Part shown: positions 29,674-37,834 of the stretch, in pieces | How positions within the stretch are numbered: the first letter of the stretch is position 1 | Layout: each line of letters begins with the position of its first letter | Source of the DNA: an uncultured virus (IMG/VR IMGVR_UViG_3300028552_000002) | Taxonomy: Duplodnaviria > Heunggongvirae > Uroviricota > Caudoviricetes | Length of the DNA stretch: 64,000 nucleotides | Direction: 5' to 3' (one strand) | Virus record (IMG/VR): IMGVR_UViG_3300028552_000002 | The notes under the pieces: generated by a model | What the model was told of the DNA's origin: nothing | Databases searched by the model: none | Seen by the model: only the letters and a program-made list of their open reading frames with translations | Program-made: the position numbers and the translations under genes

Positions 29674-29689
29674 AAAATAGAAAATATTT

Positions 29690-30631
29690 TTAGTAATCGG
29701 TTACATCGTCTGGATGTCGAAAAGCTTTGAAAATTCCGTGGCGTGGAACGTCCTTAGCGCCTTTAGGAAAATGCTTGTAAGTGACTAACTTGCCTTTATC
29801 TTCTTCAAAAGAATCCCAGCGGGCTTTCCGTTCAGGTGCTTTCATGCTGCCGCAGCTTACCTTAAATTCTTTTTCGTATTCAGATGACTTTACCCAATAC
29901 GACCCAATAATTCCGGAGCCGAAAAGACCATCTTGATCGGAAGATCTCTTTGTGTGACCGAGTTCGTCAATGTATGCGGAATTTCCGTTATGCATTAATT
30001 CTTCGCGTCCAATTATAACCGCTTCAGCGTCGACAAACCGTTTTACCTTCAATAACCATCCCTGTTTTACTGTGCTACGTCCAAATTTATACAGACCGTG
30101 AGGAGCGCGGATCATAATTCCTTCATATCCATTATCGACTTGTTCAGATTCATAAGCGTCAAGCTCTTCAAGATTATTGATTAAAGTTTGCTTTAGCACT
30201 TTAATGCGCGGCAATAATCCGTTGTTTAATAAAATCTGATTTACCACGAAAGCCCGTTCTTGAAATTCCTCAAATCTGTCAAGGAAAGGAATGTCGAAAT
30301 TGTCCCATGTGTCGAACATGTAAAAATAGAAATCTGGTTCTCCCTTTATAGACATGACTCCAGAAACAGAACGTGCATAAGTTTCCGCATCGTTTGGAGC
30401 GCCGACAATAAGTTCTCCGTCATCGCCTGTAAATTCTGAAATTGACAAATGTTTCCGGATGAACAGATTCGGGATAAGTTTATTTGTATTGCTCAATGGA
30501 AGATCATCAACTCCATGGCAACGAATGCCATCTAATTTTGGAGAGGCTATTACAGGAAATTGCAAAAGTTCGGGAATATAATGTTCCGCTTTCATTGGCT
30601 TGATGATTGCGTGATTATTTTTAATAGGCAT
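29690..30631 (-). CDS. ATP-dependent DNA ligase
   Basis: KLDGIR, DGELI, FYMFD, EGIMIR and LLKVKRF motifs. Confidence 0.95.
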   Translation of the reverse strand: MPIKNNHAIIKPMKAEHYIPELLQFPVIASPKLDGIRCHGVDDLPLSNTNKLIPNLFIRKHLSISEFTGDDGELIVGAPNDAETYARSVSGVMSIKGEPDFYFYMFDTWDNFDIPFLDRFEEFQERAFVVNQILLNNGLLPRIKVLKQTLINNLEELDAYESEQVDNGYEGIMIRAPHGLYKFGRSTVKQGWLLKVKRFVDAEAVIIGREELMHNGNSAYIDELGHTKRSSDQDGLFGSGIIGSYWVKSSEYEKEFKVSCGSMKAPERKARWDSFEEDKGKLVTYKHFPKGAKDVPRHGIFKAFRHPDDVTDY

Positions 30632-30842
30632 TATATCTATGTCCTAATGTTGAATAATAAAGTGCTGCCGTTTGTGCGCTTGGAATGGTACGGAAAAGGC
30701 GTATCGCTGGAACTTGTAAGATTCTGCCGCCCTGAAATTTTACGTAAATATCGGCGCGGCATACTTCCTCTTGCAAAATAATTTCTTTTATTTCTCCACT
30801 CAAATTTACATAATAGGCAGTATCGCCCTTTTTCATGTTCAT
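30621..30842 (-). CDS. hypothetical protein
   Basis: Overlaps both neighbours in the operon. Confidence 0.55.
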   Translation of the reverse strand: MNMKKGDTAYYVNLSGEIKEIILQEEVCRADIYVKFQGGRILQVPAIRLFRTIPSAQTAALYYSTLGHRYNAY

Positions 30843-31426
30843 AAAATTAATCCTAATTCCTTCATGATTTTAGGATAGCGAGCGTCATTAGATTTTATGA
30901 ATGCGCCATTATACATAACTCCTTTACGATCTTTGATTTCGTTATAAGCGTATTTTACGCAATCAATATAATCAAGTTCGTATTGTTGAGCTAACATCTG
31001 TAAATATCCTAGGGAAAGTCCTATGGATGTATAAATAATATCCATGTCATTTTTTAAAATCGCATCGCCTAAATTTCCGAAACATATTCCAATGGATAAC
31101 ATATGTCCATCATAGAGGGCCGGATTCCCTGGAAGTGAGTCTATATAAATAATATCATTAAAAGCAATATTATTTTGTTCAGCAATAATACGCAAAACGA
31201 CAGAACAATCGCCAATATCATCTTTGATTTTATTAGTGTAATGGCTAGCATCTAACGGCAAAGATGAATTTGTTATATCATCTGCCAATTCATAGATATG
31301 ATCGCACAACTCACCGAATTCTGAAATCAATTTAGCAAATTGAGCTAACGAATTAGAACCTTTAATAAGATTTCTTTCTTCTGCCCAAAACTTGATTTTA
31401 TCAAACGTGCTTTCGATGGTTGACAT
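30839..31426 (-). CDS. MazG-like nucleotide pyrophosphohydrolase (internally duplicated)
   Basis: KLISEFGEL, KDDIGD and AYNEIKDRKG motifs; second half degenerate. Confidence 0.8.
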   Translation of the reverse strand: MSTIESTFDKIKFWAEERNLIKGSNSLAQFAKLISEFGELCDHIYELADDITNSSLPLDASHYTNKIKDDIGDCSVVLRIIAEQNNIAFNDIIYIDSLPGNPALYDGHMLSIGICFGNLGDAILKNDMDIIYTSIGLSLGYLQMLAQQYELDYIDCVKYAYNEIKDRKGVMYNGAFIKSNDARYPKIMKELGLIL

Positions 31427-32019
31427 TATTTTTTATCCTCCAAGCTTACAGATCCAGGAGCGGTAGCAAAGGCCGTGATTGCATTCGTCTGATTCGACCC
31501 GTCCTTTGTCATACCGAAATAGAAACCATAAACCTGTTTCAATTCGTTGAATAAATATCCTAAGACGGTGCCGATTATTGCCGCAGATGTTGGATTAGTT
31601 AATTGCGAGGAAGCGAATCCGCCAAAAATTAATACAGTCAAACAAATAACTCCCACTGTTAATATGATGGCAATTGATGGCCGTATCCAATCTTTTGGTT
31701 GTTGCGCGGCAAGTTTGCGGGCACTATCCCGGTCGGACGCTTCAGCCTGATATTGCGCCGTAGCCGCCACTAATTGATTTTGCGCGGCAGTCACTTGTAA
31801 TTTTTGCAATTCGTTTTTTGAATTGATTTGAATTTCTTGCAATTTTTCAGCTAATGCCGGATCGGCAGCAATCGCCGCATTCAACGCGTCCGGCGTATTC
31901 GATATTCCCAGGCTTGAAGAGATCAAAGCCCCTACTGCCCCACCTGCCGGGCCTCCCAATAATGTTCCCAAAATAGGCGCGGCCTTACCAATGGCATTTT
32001 CTAAATCGCTCCAGTTCAT
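31426..32019 (-). CDS. holin-like membrane protein (GTA 3TM holin type)
   Basis: APILGTLLGGPAGG, DRDSAR, two C-terminal TM segments and FYFG. Confidence 0.7.
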   Translation of the reverse strand: MNWSDLENAIGKAAPILGTLLGGPAGGAVGALISSSLGISNTPDALNAAIAADPALAEKLQEIQINSKNELQKLQVTAAQNQLVAATAQYQAEASDRDSARKLAAQQPKDWIRPSIAIILTVGVICLTVLIFGGFASSQLTNPTSAAIIGTVLGYLFNELKQVYGFYFGMTKDGSNQTNAITAFATAPGSVSLEDKK

Positions 32020-32279
32020 GATTTTCCGCCTTCTATTAATAAGTAATTTTTCATTTCTTCCGGGCTTTGATACGATTCATATCCCTGCATCATTAGAACG
32101 TAATAGCCGCCTATTTGAGGATCGAACGAATCGACATAAGATTTGTCCACGAAAAAATCATGGTCACTGTCAAGACTCCGAATTACCGCGCCGCCTTTTA
32201 TTTCTGGAATAATTTCACTTATTTTCGCCGCCCATATATGCCAATTAGGGCGATATTTTGGCAATTCAATTTCTGTCAT
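32016..32279 (-). CDS. hypothetical protein, paralog of 32276-32545
   Basis: LPKY...AAKI...PQIGGYYVLMMQGYESYQ. Confidence 0.7.
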   Translation of the reverse strand: MTEIELPKYRPNWHIWAAKISEIIPEIKGGAVIRSLDSDHDFFVDKSYVDSFDPQIGGYYVLMMQGYESYQSPEEMKNYLLIEGGKS

Positions 32280-32545
32280 TTTAGGGAATATCCTTTTTCG
32301 AATGGTTCGGCAGGAGAAACCGAAAAATATCCGTCTTCGTAATATACGATATAAGACCCAACGACAGGATGATGCCTATCTATAAAGGTCTTTGGCAAAT
32401 GGTATGCTCCAGACGTATTTTTAAGAAAAATAGAAGCGTCTCCGCCTTCGTGAAAAATAATTTGTGTGATCTGATCAGACTTTACGACTTTATGGCATAT
32501 ATATTCTGGCATTTCGTCAAACATAATAAGATCCTTATGATACAA
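32276..32545 (-). CDS. conserved phage protein with YxVxYxDGYxSxSPxxxFxxxY motif
   Basis: MPEYICHKVVKS...PVVGSYIVYYEDGYFSVSPAEPFEKGY. Confidence 0.75.
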   Translation of the reverse strand: MYHKDLIMFDEMPEYICHKVVKSDQITQIIFHEGGDASIFLKNTSGAYHLPKTFIDRHHPVVGSYIVYYEDGYFSVSPAEPFEKGYSLK

Positions 32546-32623
32546 AAATTAATAGGTTAACTACAATTGCAATGACTATGATAACAAAGATATCAAAACT
32601 CCATTTCTTAAGTTTTCTTTTCA

Positions 32624-33685
32624 TTATTCACCCGATGCGTTTTTATTTATTCGATCTAATTTTTCCGAGATATATGTTATAACAACTTCATCAACGAATG
32701 TTGACCATGTTCTATGATTATCTTTTCTACATGTATCATGCCCGCATCCAAAAACAAATTCGTTTTCCGCCCCGGGAATAGGACCGCGAAAATAGGCACC
32801 ATAAGGATCTCCGTTTGTGTGCTCATATCCCCAAGGGCATTTTATTCTGTATTTTCCCGACATATTTTGAACCACGTCACCGCCAGATCCTTCCCCCATT
32901 TTTAAAGCTGACGTTATTTTGATCGCGAGCTTTAGCCAGATGGCGTCCATTTTGTATTCATTTTCATCAAATACTTGTTCTCGCTTTATCGGAATAATAA
33001 TTTCAAACTGAAACGCCTGAGCTATTTCTTCAGGAGTATAACGATTAGCATAATCAGATTCTACAATATGGACTTGATATTCTCCGTTTTCATATTTATA
33101 AGCCCCCGTTTCATTACGCTTGTTATTAACGCCGCAAGGCATTCGACCATAACGCGATGCGTCTTTTATAGTATGGTCTCCGCCAGCCTGCAAAACGTTA
33201 GCGACGAATCCAATTAGGAGCGCCCTAAAATAGAGAAGATTTTCTATCGGGTCTTTTAAGAAATACCATAATTGATAATTATTTGGAGACGTTTCCACGA
33301 TGACTGTCGGCGGCAATATAGACTTGAAATGATCTAGATCTAAGCCACCCTTAGACCCTGTTCCGTGTCCTATATCATCCACCATTAGGGCCAATCCATG
33401 TCCAAAAGATGCGTCGCCGCGCCAGAAACGCATTTCTCCGTTTTTTGGATTAACTGTTTTTATAGAAGAAGAAATACAAGCGTAGCAATTAGCGTTTACA
33501 TTAATTGGTTTTCCAAGTTTCCAAGGAACAGGCCACCATCCAGCATTTAATTTTTTTCCGGTAGCGTCAGTTTGTACTGTTGCCTCGCTAGCATAACCGG
33601 CCATGACACGTTCGGTGTCTGGGATCGTGCTTTGCAATTCCGTTAAAAATTTTTCTGCAATTTCTGTCGTTTCTCGTCTATTCAT
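32624..33685 (-). CDS. DNA primase (RepB/AEP-like) with C-terminal Zn finger
   Basis: MVDDIG, VETSPNNYQLWY, RYGRMP and CPWGYEH...CGHDTC motifs. Confidence 0.8.
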   Translation of the reverse strand: MNRRETTEIAEKFLTELQSTIPDTERVMAGYASEATVQTDATGKKLNAGWWPVPWKLGKPINVNANCYACISSSIKTVNPKNGEMRFWRGDASFGHGLALMVDDIGHGTGSKGGLDLDHFKSILPPTVIVETSPNNYQLWYFLKDPIENLLYFRALLIGFVANVLQAGGDHTIKDASRYGRMPCGVNNKRNETGAYKYENGEYQVHIVESDYANRYTPEEIAQAFQFEIIIPIKREQVFDENEYKMDAIWLKLAIKITSALKMGEGSGGDVVQNMSGKYRIKCPWGYEHTNGDPYGAYFRGPIPGAENEFVFGCGHDTCRKDNHRTWSTFVDEVVITYISEKLDRINKNASGE

Positions 33686-33824
33686 TCGTAAACCTTTAAT
33701 TGTCTTTAAATTCTTGATAACAGTTTCGCATTTTTGTTCATTAGAATCAAACGATTTCTATTGAAAATTTTCTTAATTTGATTCAAAATTGGCGCATTAC
33801 TTTTCATAACTAAATTGACCAAAA

Positions 33825-34268
33825 ATGACAATAAACAAAAATCTGTATGTCGGTACATTGATCATGAACGGCTTAGGAGACCGCCGCGACGTATCCCTTA
33901 AAAAAGGGGTTCTCTCGTGGCTGACGGCGAACGGGGGCCGTTACCGACACTCTGATGGGACTTTAGTCGGTAAAAGCGTTCTGCGACCTGTCTTACAGAC
34001 GTCTACTGTTTACTTAAATTTAAATCCTGACCTTTTATACAGGGCGATTACCCACACGGCGAGAGTGAGAGCGTTTAGAGAAAAATTGACCTTCTCAAAA
34101 CCTATCTATCTTATTGAAACTAAACGATTTTTTCTCGGCGAATACGGAGAAAAATTCAGCAAAAAGACGGGTTGGGCGATGGATAACAAAAATCAGATCC
34201 TTCTCGAAACGATTAATTTTTTTATTCCGGAATGGATGGCAATTGATGACGACGACGATAAAGCTTAA
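33825..34268 (+). CDS. hypothetical protein
   Basis: First gene of the rightward replication operon. Confidence 0.55.
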   Translation: MTINKNLYVGTLIMNGLGDRRDVSLKKGVLSWLTANGGRYRHSDGTLVGKSVLRPVLQTSTVYLNLNPDLLYRAITHTARVRAFREKLTFSKPIYLIETKRFFLGEYGEKFSKKTGWAMDNKNQILLETINFFIPEWMAIDDDDDKA

Positions 34269-35400
34269 CGCACAGCAGGAAAAGGCCGTAGCTCTTGCTG
34301 TGCAATGGTACAAAGATTATAAAAAAGGGATTACGACTAAGAAATATTTTTTTCTGTCTGGCGTTGCTGGAACAGGAAAAACTTTTATTGCAAAATACAT
34401 AGCGGAACTTTGTTGCGGATTAAAAAATTCTATTTTTATCGCGCCAACTGGGAAAGCTGCCAGCCGACTACGGCAAAAAGGATGCCGTAACGCCCAAACA
34501 ATGCATCGTTTTATCTATAACTTTAAAGGAGAAAATTCAGACGGCGATTTAATTTTTTCAGACAAAAACGAATTAGAATCTCAACCGGATCTAATCGTAT
34601 TAGATGAGGGGAGCATGGTAGGTTTATATGATGCCAACAATATTTTTTCTTATAAAATTCCCGTCCTTGTGCTGGGAGACGTGGATCAGGTTCCTCCTGT
34701 TCGAGATAAACCGTTCTTTACCAAAAATAATATGGACTGCAAACTTACTCAAATTGAAAGACAAAAAGAAAACTCAAATATTATTAGAGCTTCAATCGTC
34801 ATTAGAGAAGGCTTTTCTTTGCCAATTCGAGAATATGACGATGTAGCAATAAGAGCTGGTAGACCAACTTCCAAATTATTAAAAGAATATGCCGCTGAAG
34901 ATGCTCAGATAATCTGTTCTCGCAACGCAACGCGTCATTCATATAACAATCTTATTAGGGGCCTCCTAGGGCATGTTGGGGGAATGCCGTCTATTGGGGA
35001 AAAATTGGTCTGTATGTTCAATCAGCACAAATATGATTTTATGAACGGTGAACAATGTATATTAAAGTCTTTGGAGACGCTCCCTTATTCGGATACCAAC
35101 GATAACGACCTGCCAGCCATTATGATGGCTAACGTTTTTAGCCTTACCGATAATAAGATGATACGTGTTAAATTCAATCCTGACTCATTCAGCCCGGATA
35201 TAACGGTAAGAACAGAAGCGCTAAAGCATGCTGGCGGTTTTGATTTTGGATATGTAATGACAGTCCATAAATCACAGGGTTCGGAATGGCCGAAAGTTAT
35301 GATACTGGAAGAGGTCCTTTCTCAAGTCCCTTACCGTTTGATGATGTATACGGCAATTACTCGTGCGATGGAAAAATTAATCATTTATCTAAATCCATAA
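34246..35400 (+). CDS. RecD/Dda-like SF1B DNA helicase
   Basis: GVAGTGKT, APTGKAA, DEGSMV, GDVDQVPPV, TVHKSQGSEW and YTAITRA motifs. Confidence 0.92.
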   Translation: MTTTIKLNAQQEKAVALAVQWYKDYKKGITTKKYFFLSGVAGTGKTFIAKYIAELCCGLKNSIFIAPTGKAASRLRQKGCRNAQTMHRFIYNFKGENSDGDLIFSDKNELESQPDLIVLDEGSMVGLYDANNIFSYKIPVLVLGDVDQVPPVRDKPFFTKNNMDCKLTQIERQKENSNIIRASIVIREGFSLPIREYDDVAIRAGRPTSKLLKEYAAEDAQIICSRNATRHSYNNLIRGLLGHVGGMPSIGEKLVCMFNQHKYDFMNGEQCILKSLETLPYSDTNDNDLPAIMMANVFSLTDNKMIRVKFNPDSFSPDITVRTEALKHAGGFDFGYVMTVHKSQGSEWPKVMILEEVLSQVPYRLMMYTAITRAMEKLIIYLNP

Positions 35401-35407
35401 ATTATTG

Positions 35408-35436
35408 TTGGTAATGAACAATAGCGGTGATATACT
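35408..35436 (+). promoter_or_regulatory. sigma70-like promoter with AATGAAC box
   Basis: TTGGTA-17 bp (atgaacaatagcggtga)-TATACT. Confidence 0.6.
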
Positions 35437-35486
35437 ACAAATCTCGATAGAGAAACTCACAAACAAAATTTTAGAGGTTAAAAACC

Positions 35487-36485
35487 ATGGCACATACAAA
35501 AAAAGCAACAATTGAAGATTCCGCCCCGATTGACATTTCACTCGATAGCGTCGTATTGAAAGAAGACGATACCGCTCTCACCGATGACGGAGCACAGACT
35601 GAAGCTTTTCCCGATCCGCAGATTTCTGAAGCGGATGAACTTGCAAACGCTTTGGCTGTTGAAGATGCCGCCTTTCTCGCCGCGCTGAAAAAGCTGGACG
35701 ATCAGGAAAACGAGCTTAAGACCAATATTGATTTACTCGACGCTGCCGAATGGGAAAAATTCGACGCGAAAGAGGAACTGCTTGTCGCTCTGGCCGGTCA
35801 GGAAAAACAATTTCGTGTCGAACGTTTCAAAGAAAAACTGGCTGACAAACACGCAAGCAAATTTTCGTCAATTACTGAAAAACGTCTGCGTCTGATCGAT
35901 AACGCCGAAGCTTTTAAAGCAGAGCAAAAGCGCAAGTCTGACGAAAAAATCGAAAACGAAAAGCGCAAACTGGCAGCAAAGATCGCCAAAAAAGCAGAAC
36001 GCGCTGAAAAGACCGCTGAGAATAAAAAGCTTCGCGAATCCTCTCAGAGCGAAATCAAAAAGCAGAAAGAAAGTGAAAACCAAGAACGTAAAAATCGGCT
36101 TGACGAGCGTAAAGCAGAATTGGAAAAATTCCCAGGTCGTCGTCGCAAGGCTACCGATTTCGTTTATATCGGCGAAGGTTTTTCAACTCCGCAAAAATTT
36201 TCAGTTCGCGGCAAAGTTTATCAATTTTTGAAAGATAACTACACCGTCGGTTCGACAATCAATGTCGAATCCTTTGGCGAACAGGTTAAAGGAATGTTGT
36301 TCGGTGCCAACGTTCGCAGCTTCCTCGGCAAGTTGGAAGAATTCGGCCAGATCGATTTTGTAACTCCGGTTGATGTTCCGGTGGAAGCTGAATCCGACAA
36401 GGTCGCGCTGCATGACGATTTTGCAGATGAAGATGAAGATGAAGGCGATGACGATTTTGCAGACGAATCGGAAAACCAAGACTAA
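35487..36485 (+). CDS. acidic coiled-coil protein, possible C-terminal DNA-binding domain
   Basis: RBS GAGG; acidic termini, Lys/Glu coil and globular C-terminal region. Confidence 0.7.
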   Translation: MAHTKKATIEDSAPIDISLDSVVLKEDDTALTDDGAQTEAFPDPQISEADELANALAVEDAAFLAALKKLDDQENELKTNIDLLDAAEWEKFDAKEELLVALAGQEKQFRVERFKEKLADKHASKFSSITEKRLRLIDNAEAFKAEQKRKSDEKIENEKRKLAAKIAKKAERAEKTAENKKLRESSQSEIKKQKESENQERKNRLDERKAELEKFPGRRRKATDFVYIGEGFSTPQKFSVRGKVYQFLKDNYTVGSTINVESFGEQVKGMLFGANVRSFLGKLEEFGQIDFVTPVDVPVEAESDKVALHDDFADEDEDEGDDDFADESENQD

Positions 36486-36514
36486 TACTTAAGATATTCT
36501 AATGTTTTAAGTAT

Positions 36515-36543
36515 TTGTATATTAAGACAATGAACGATATAAT
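36515..36543 (+). promoter_or_regulatory. sigma70 promoter with CAATGAAC box
   Basis: TTGTAT-17 bp (attaagacaatgaacga)-TATAAT. Confidence 0.65.
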
Positions 36544-36591
36544 GCTAGAGGCCAATAACCTTTAGCATTTTTTATTTTAAGGACGAAAAGA

Positions 36592-36918
36592 ATGTCTCTT
36601 CAAGAAAAATCAAAATTAACAATCCCTGCAATCGAAATTTTAAAAGAGGGTATTTCCCTTTTGGAAGAACGTGCCGGAGCCTATAAATCAACAAACGATC
36701 AGATAGCAGATGTACTAAAAATTTTATTCCCGGATGGAGTATCGTTAGATTCGTCAGTTTCCCACCAAAAATATTTTAACCTAACCTACATCGTTACCAA
36801 ATTGGTCCGTTTTGCAAATTCTAGAATGACGCATAGAGATTCTATGATGGATCTAATGAACTATGCCGCGCTTGAAGTTACAGTTTTAGACAAGGAAAAG
36901 AATAATGAAAACTATTGA
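36592..36918 (+). CDS. all-alpha nucleotide-metabolism-associated protein
   Basis: ERAGAY...KLVRF...HRDSMMDLMNYA pattern. Confidence 0.6.
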   Translation: MSLQEKSKLTIPAIEILKEGISLLEERAGAYKSTNDQIADVLKILFPDGVSLDSSVSHQKYFNLTYIVTKLVRFANSRMTHRDSMMDLMNYAALEVTVLDKEKNNENY

Positions 36919-37066
36919 AATAGCAATACTAAATAGTAAGGGATCGAAAATCATTCACGAAACTATAGACGAAGTTAATTATATTAAAATAGAGTTGGAT
37001 GATGATTCATTATACGATATTAAAGAAAAAATGGATTCAGAAAACAAGGAAGAAAAACATGATTAA
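36905..37066 (+). CDS. 53-aa hypothetical protein (not in ORF track)
   Basis: MKTIEIAILNSKGSKIIHET...; overlaps both neighbours; AAGGA upstream. Confidence 0.5.
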   Translation: MKTIEIAILNSKGSKIIHETIDEVNYIKIELDDDSLYDIKEKMDSENKEEKHD

Positions 37067-37268
37067 TATATTAGATAGTTTTCCTGTTTTAGAAAATATT
37101 AATGTAGTCGAAATTATCATTCAAAGCGAAGATATTGTAGTTAATCAAGATAAATTAGCTGGAACAACTCGCCTTTTAATACGAACTCCAGGCGCGGCAA
37201 CCCTTCAAATAACTGGCGATGCAGAATTTTCTGGAGACATCGTTCATATCCATGAGGTTCATAAATGA
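37059..37268 (+). CDS. hypothetical protein
   Basis: AAGGA RBS before ATG 37059; ATGA overlap with the exonuclease gene. Confidence 0.55.
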   Translation: MINILDSFPVLENINVVEIIIQSEDIVVNQDKLAGTTRLLIRTPGAATLQITGDAEFSGDIVHIHEVHK

Positions 37269-37825
37269 GTAAATTGTTTGCAGTCTTCGATACTGAAACT
37301 ACTGGACTACCTCTTCACGAAAATGCAGACGTCAATTTACAACCAAAAATTATTGAATTTGGCGGCGTCCTTACAGACGGAATTGAAATTTTAGATCGAT
37401 GCAATTTTATTTGTAATCCAATTGTTAAGGGTAAAACTGTAGAGCTTAGTCCTGTCATTACTAAAATAACCGGCCTGACTAACGACGATCTCGATGGTGA
37501 GCCCATTTTCGAGTTTTATATCCCAACAATAAAAAAGTTTTTCTCAAAAGCAGACGTTGTCATCGCTCATAATCTCAGCTTCGATAAGGCCATGGTGCTT
37601 TATGAAATGAGAAGATTAGGAAAAGAGCTTGAAGACGTTTCCTTCCCTTCCATAGAAATTTGTACTGTTGAACAATGTGTAAAACAGTTTGGTTATCGCC
37701 GCAAGTTGATCGACCTCTATAATATGTATTGCGAAGAGGCTGTCCAGTCGCATAGGGCCGAGGATGACGTAATGATGCTACACGAAATTTGTAAAGCTAT
37801 GGGAATTTATAACTTATTTGATTGA
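37265..37825 (+). CDS. dnaQ: DEDDh 3'-5' exonuclease, Pol III epsilon-like
   Basis: DTETTG, AHNLSFD and HRAEDD motifs; adjacent to DnaE. Confidence 0.9.
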   Translation: MSKLFAVFDTETTGLPLHENADVNLQPKIIEFGGVLTDGIEILDRCNFICNPIVKGKTVELSPVITKITGLTNDDLDGEPIFEFYIPTIKKFFSKADVVIAHNLSFDKAMVLYEMRRLGKELEDVSFPSIEICTVEQCVKQFGYRRKLIDLYNMYCEEAVQSHRAEDDVMMLHEICKAMGIYNLFD

Positions 37826-37834
37826 GGATTAAAA

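Noticed and set aside
30839..36918. Hypermodified-base pathway (MazG plus small all-alpha protein)
   Set aside because: No PurZ, thymidylate synthase/hydroxymethylase, 7-deazaguanine or glycosyltransferase genes recognised; only a Dam-type MTase.
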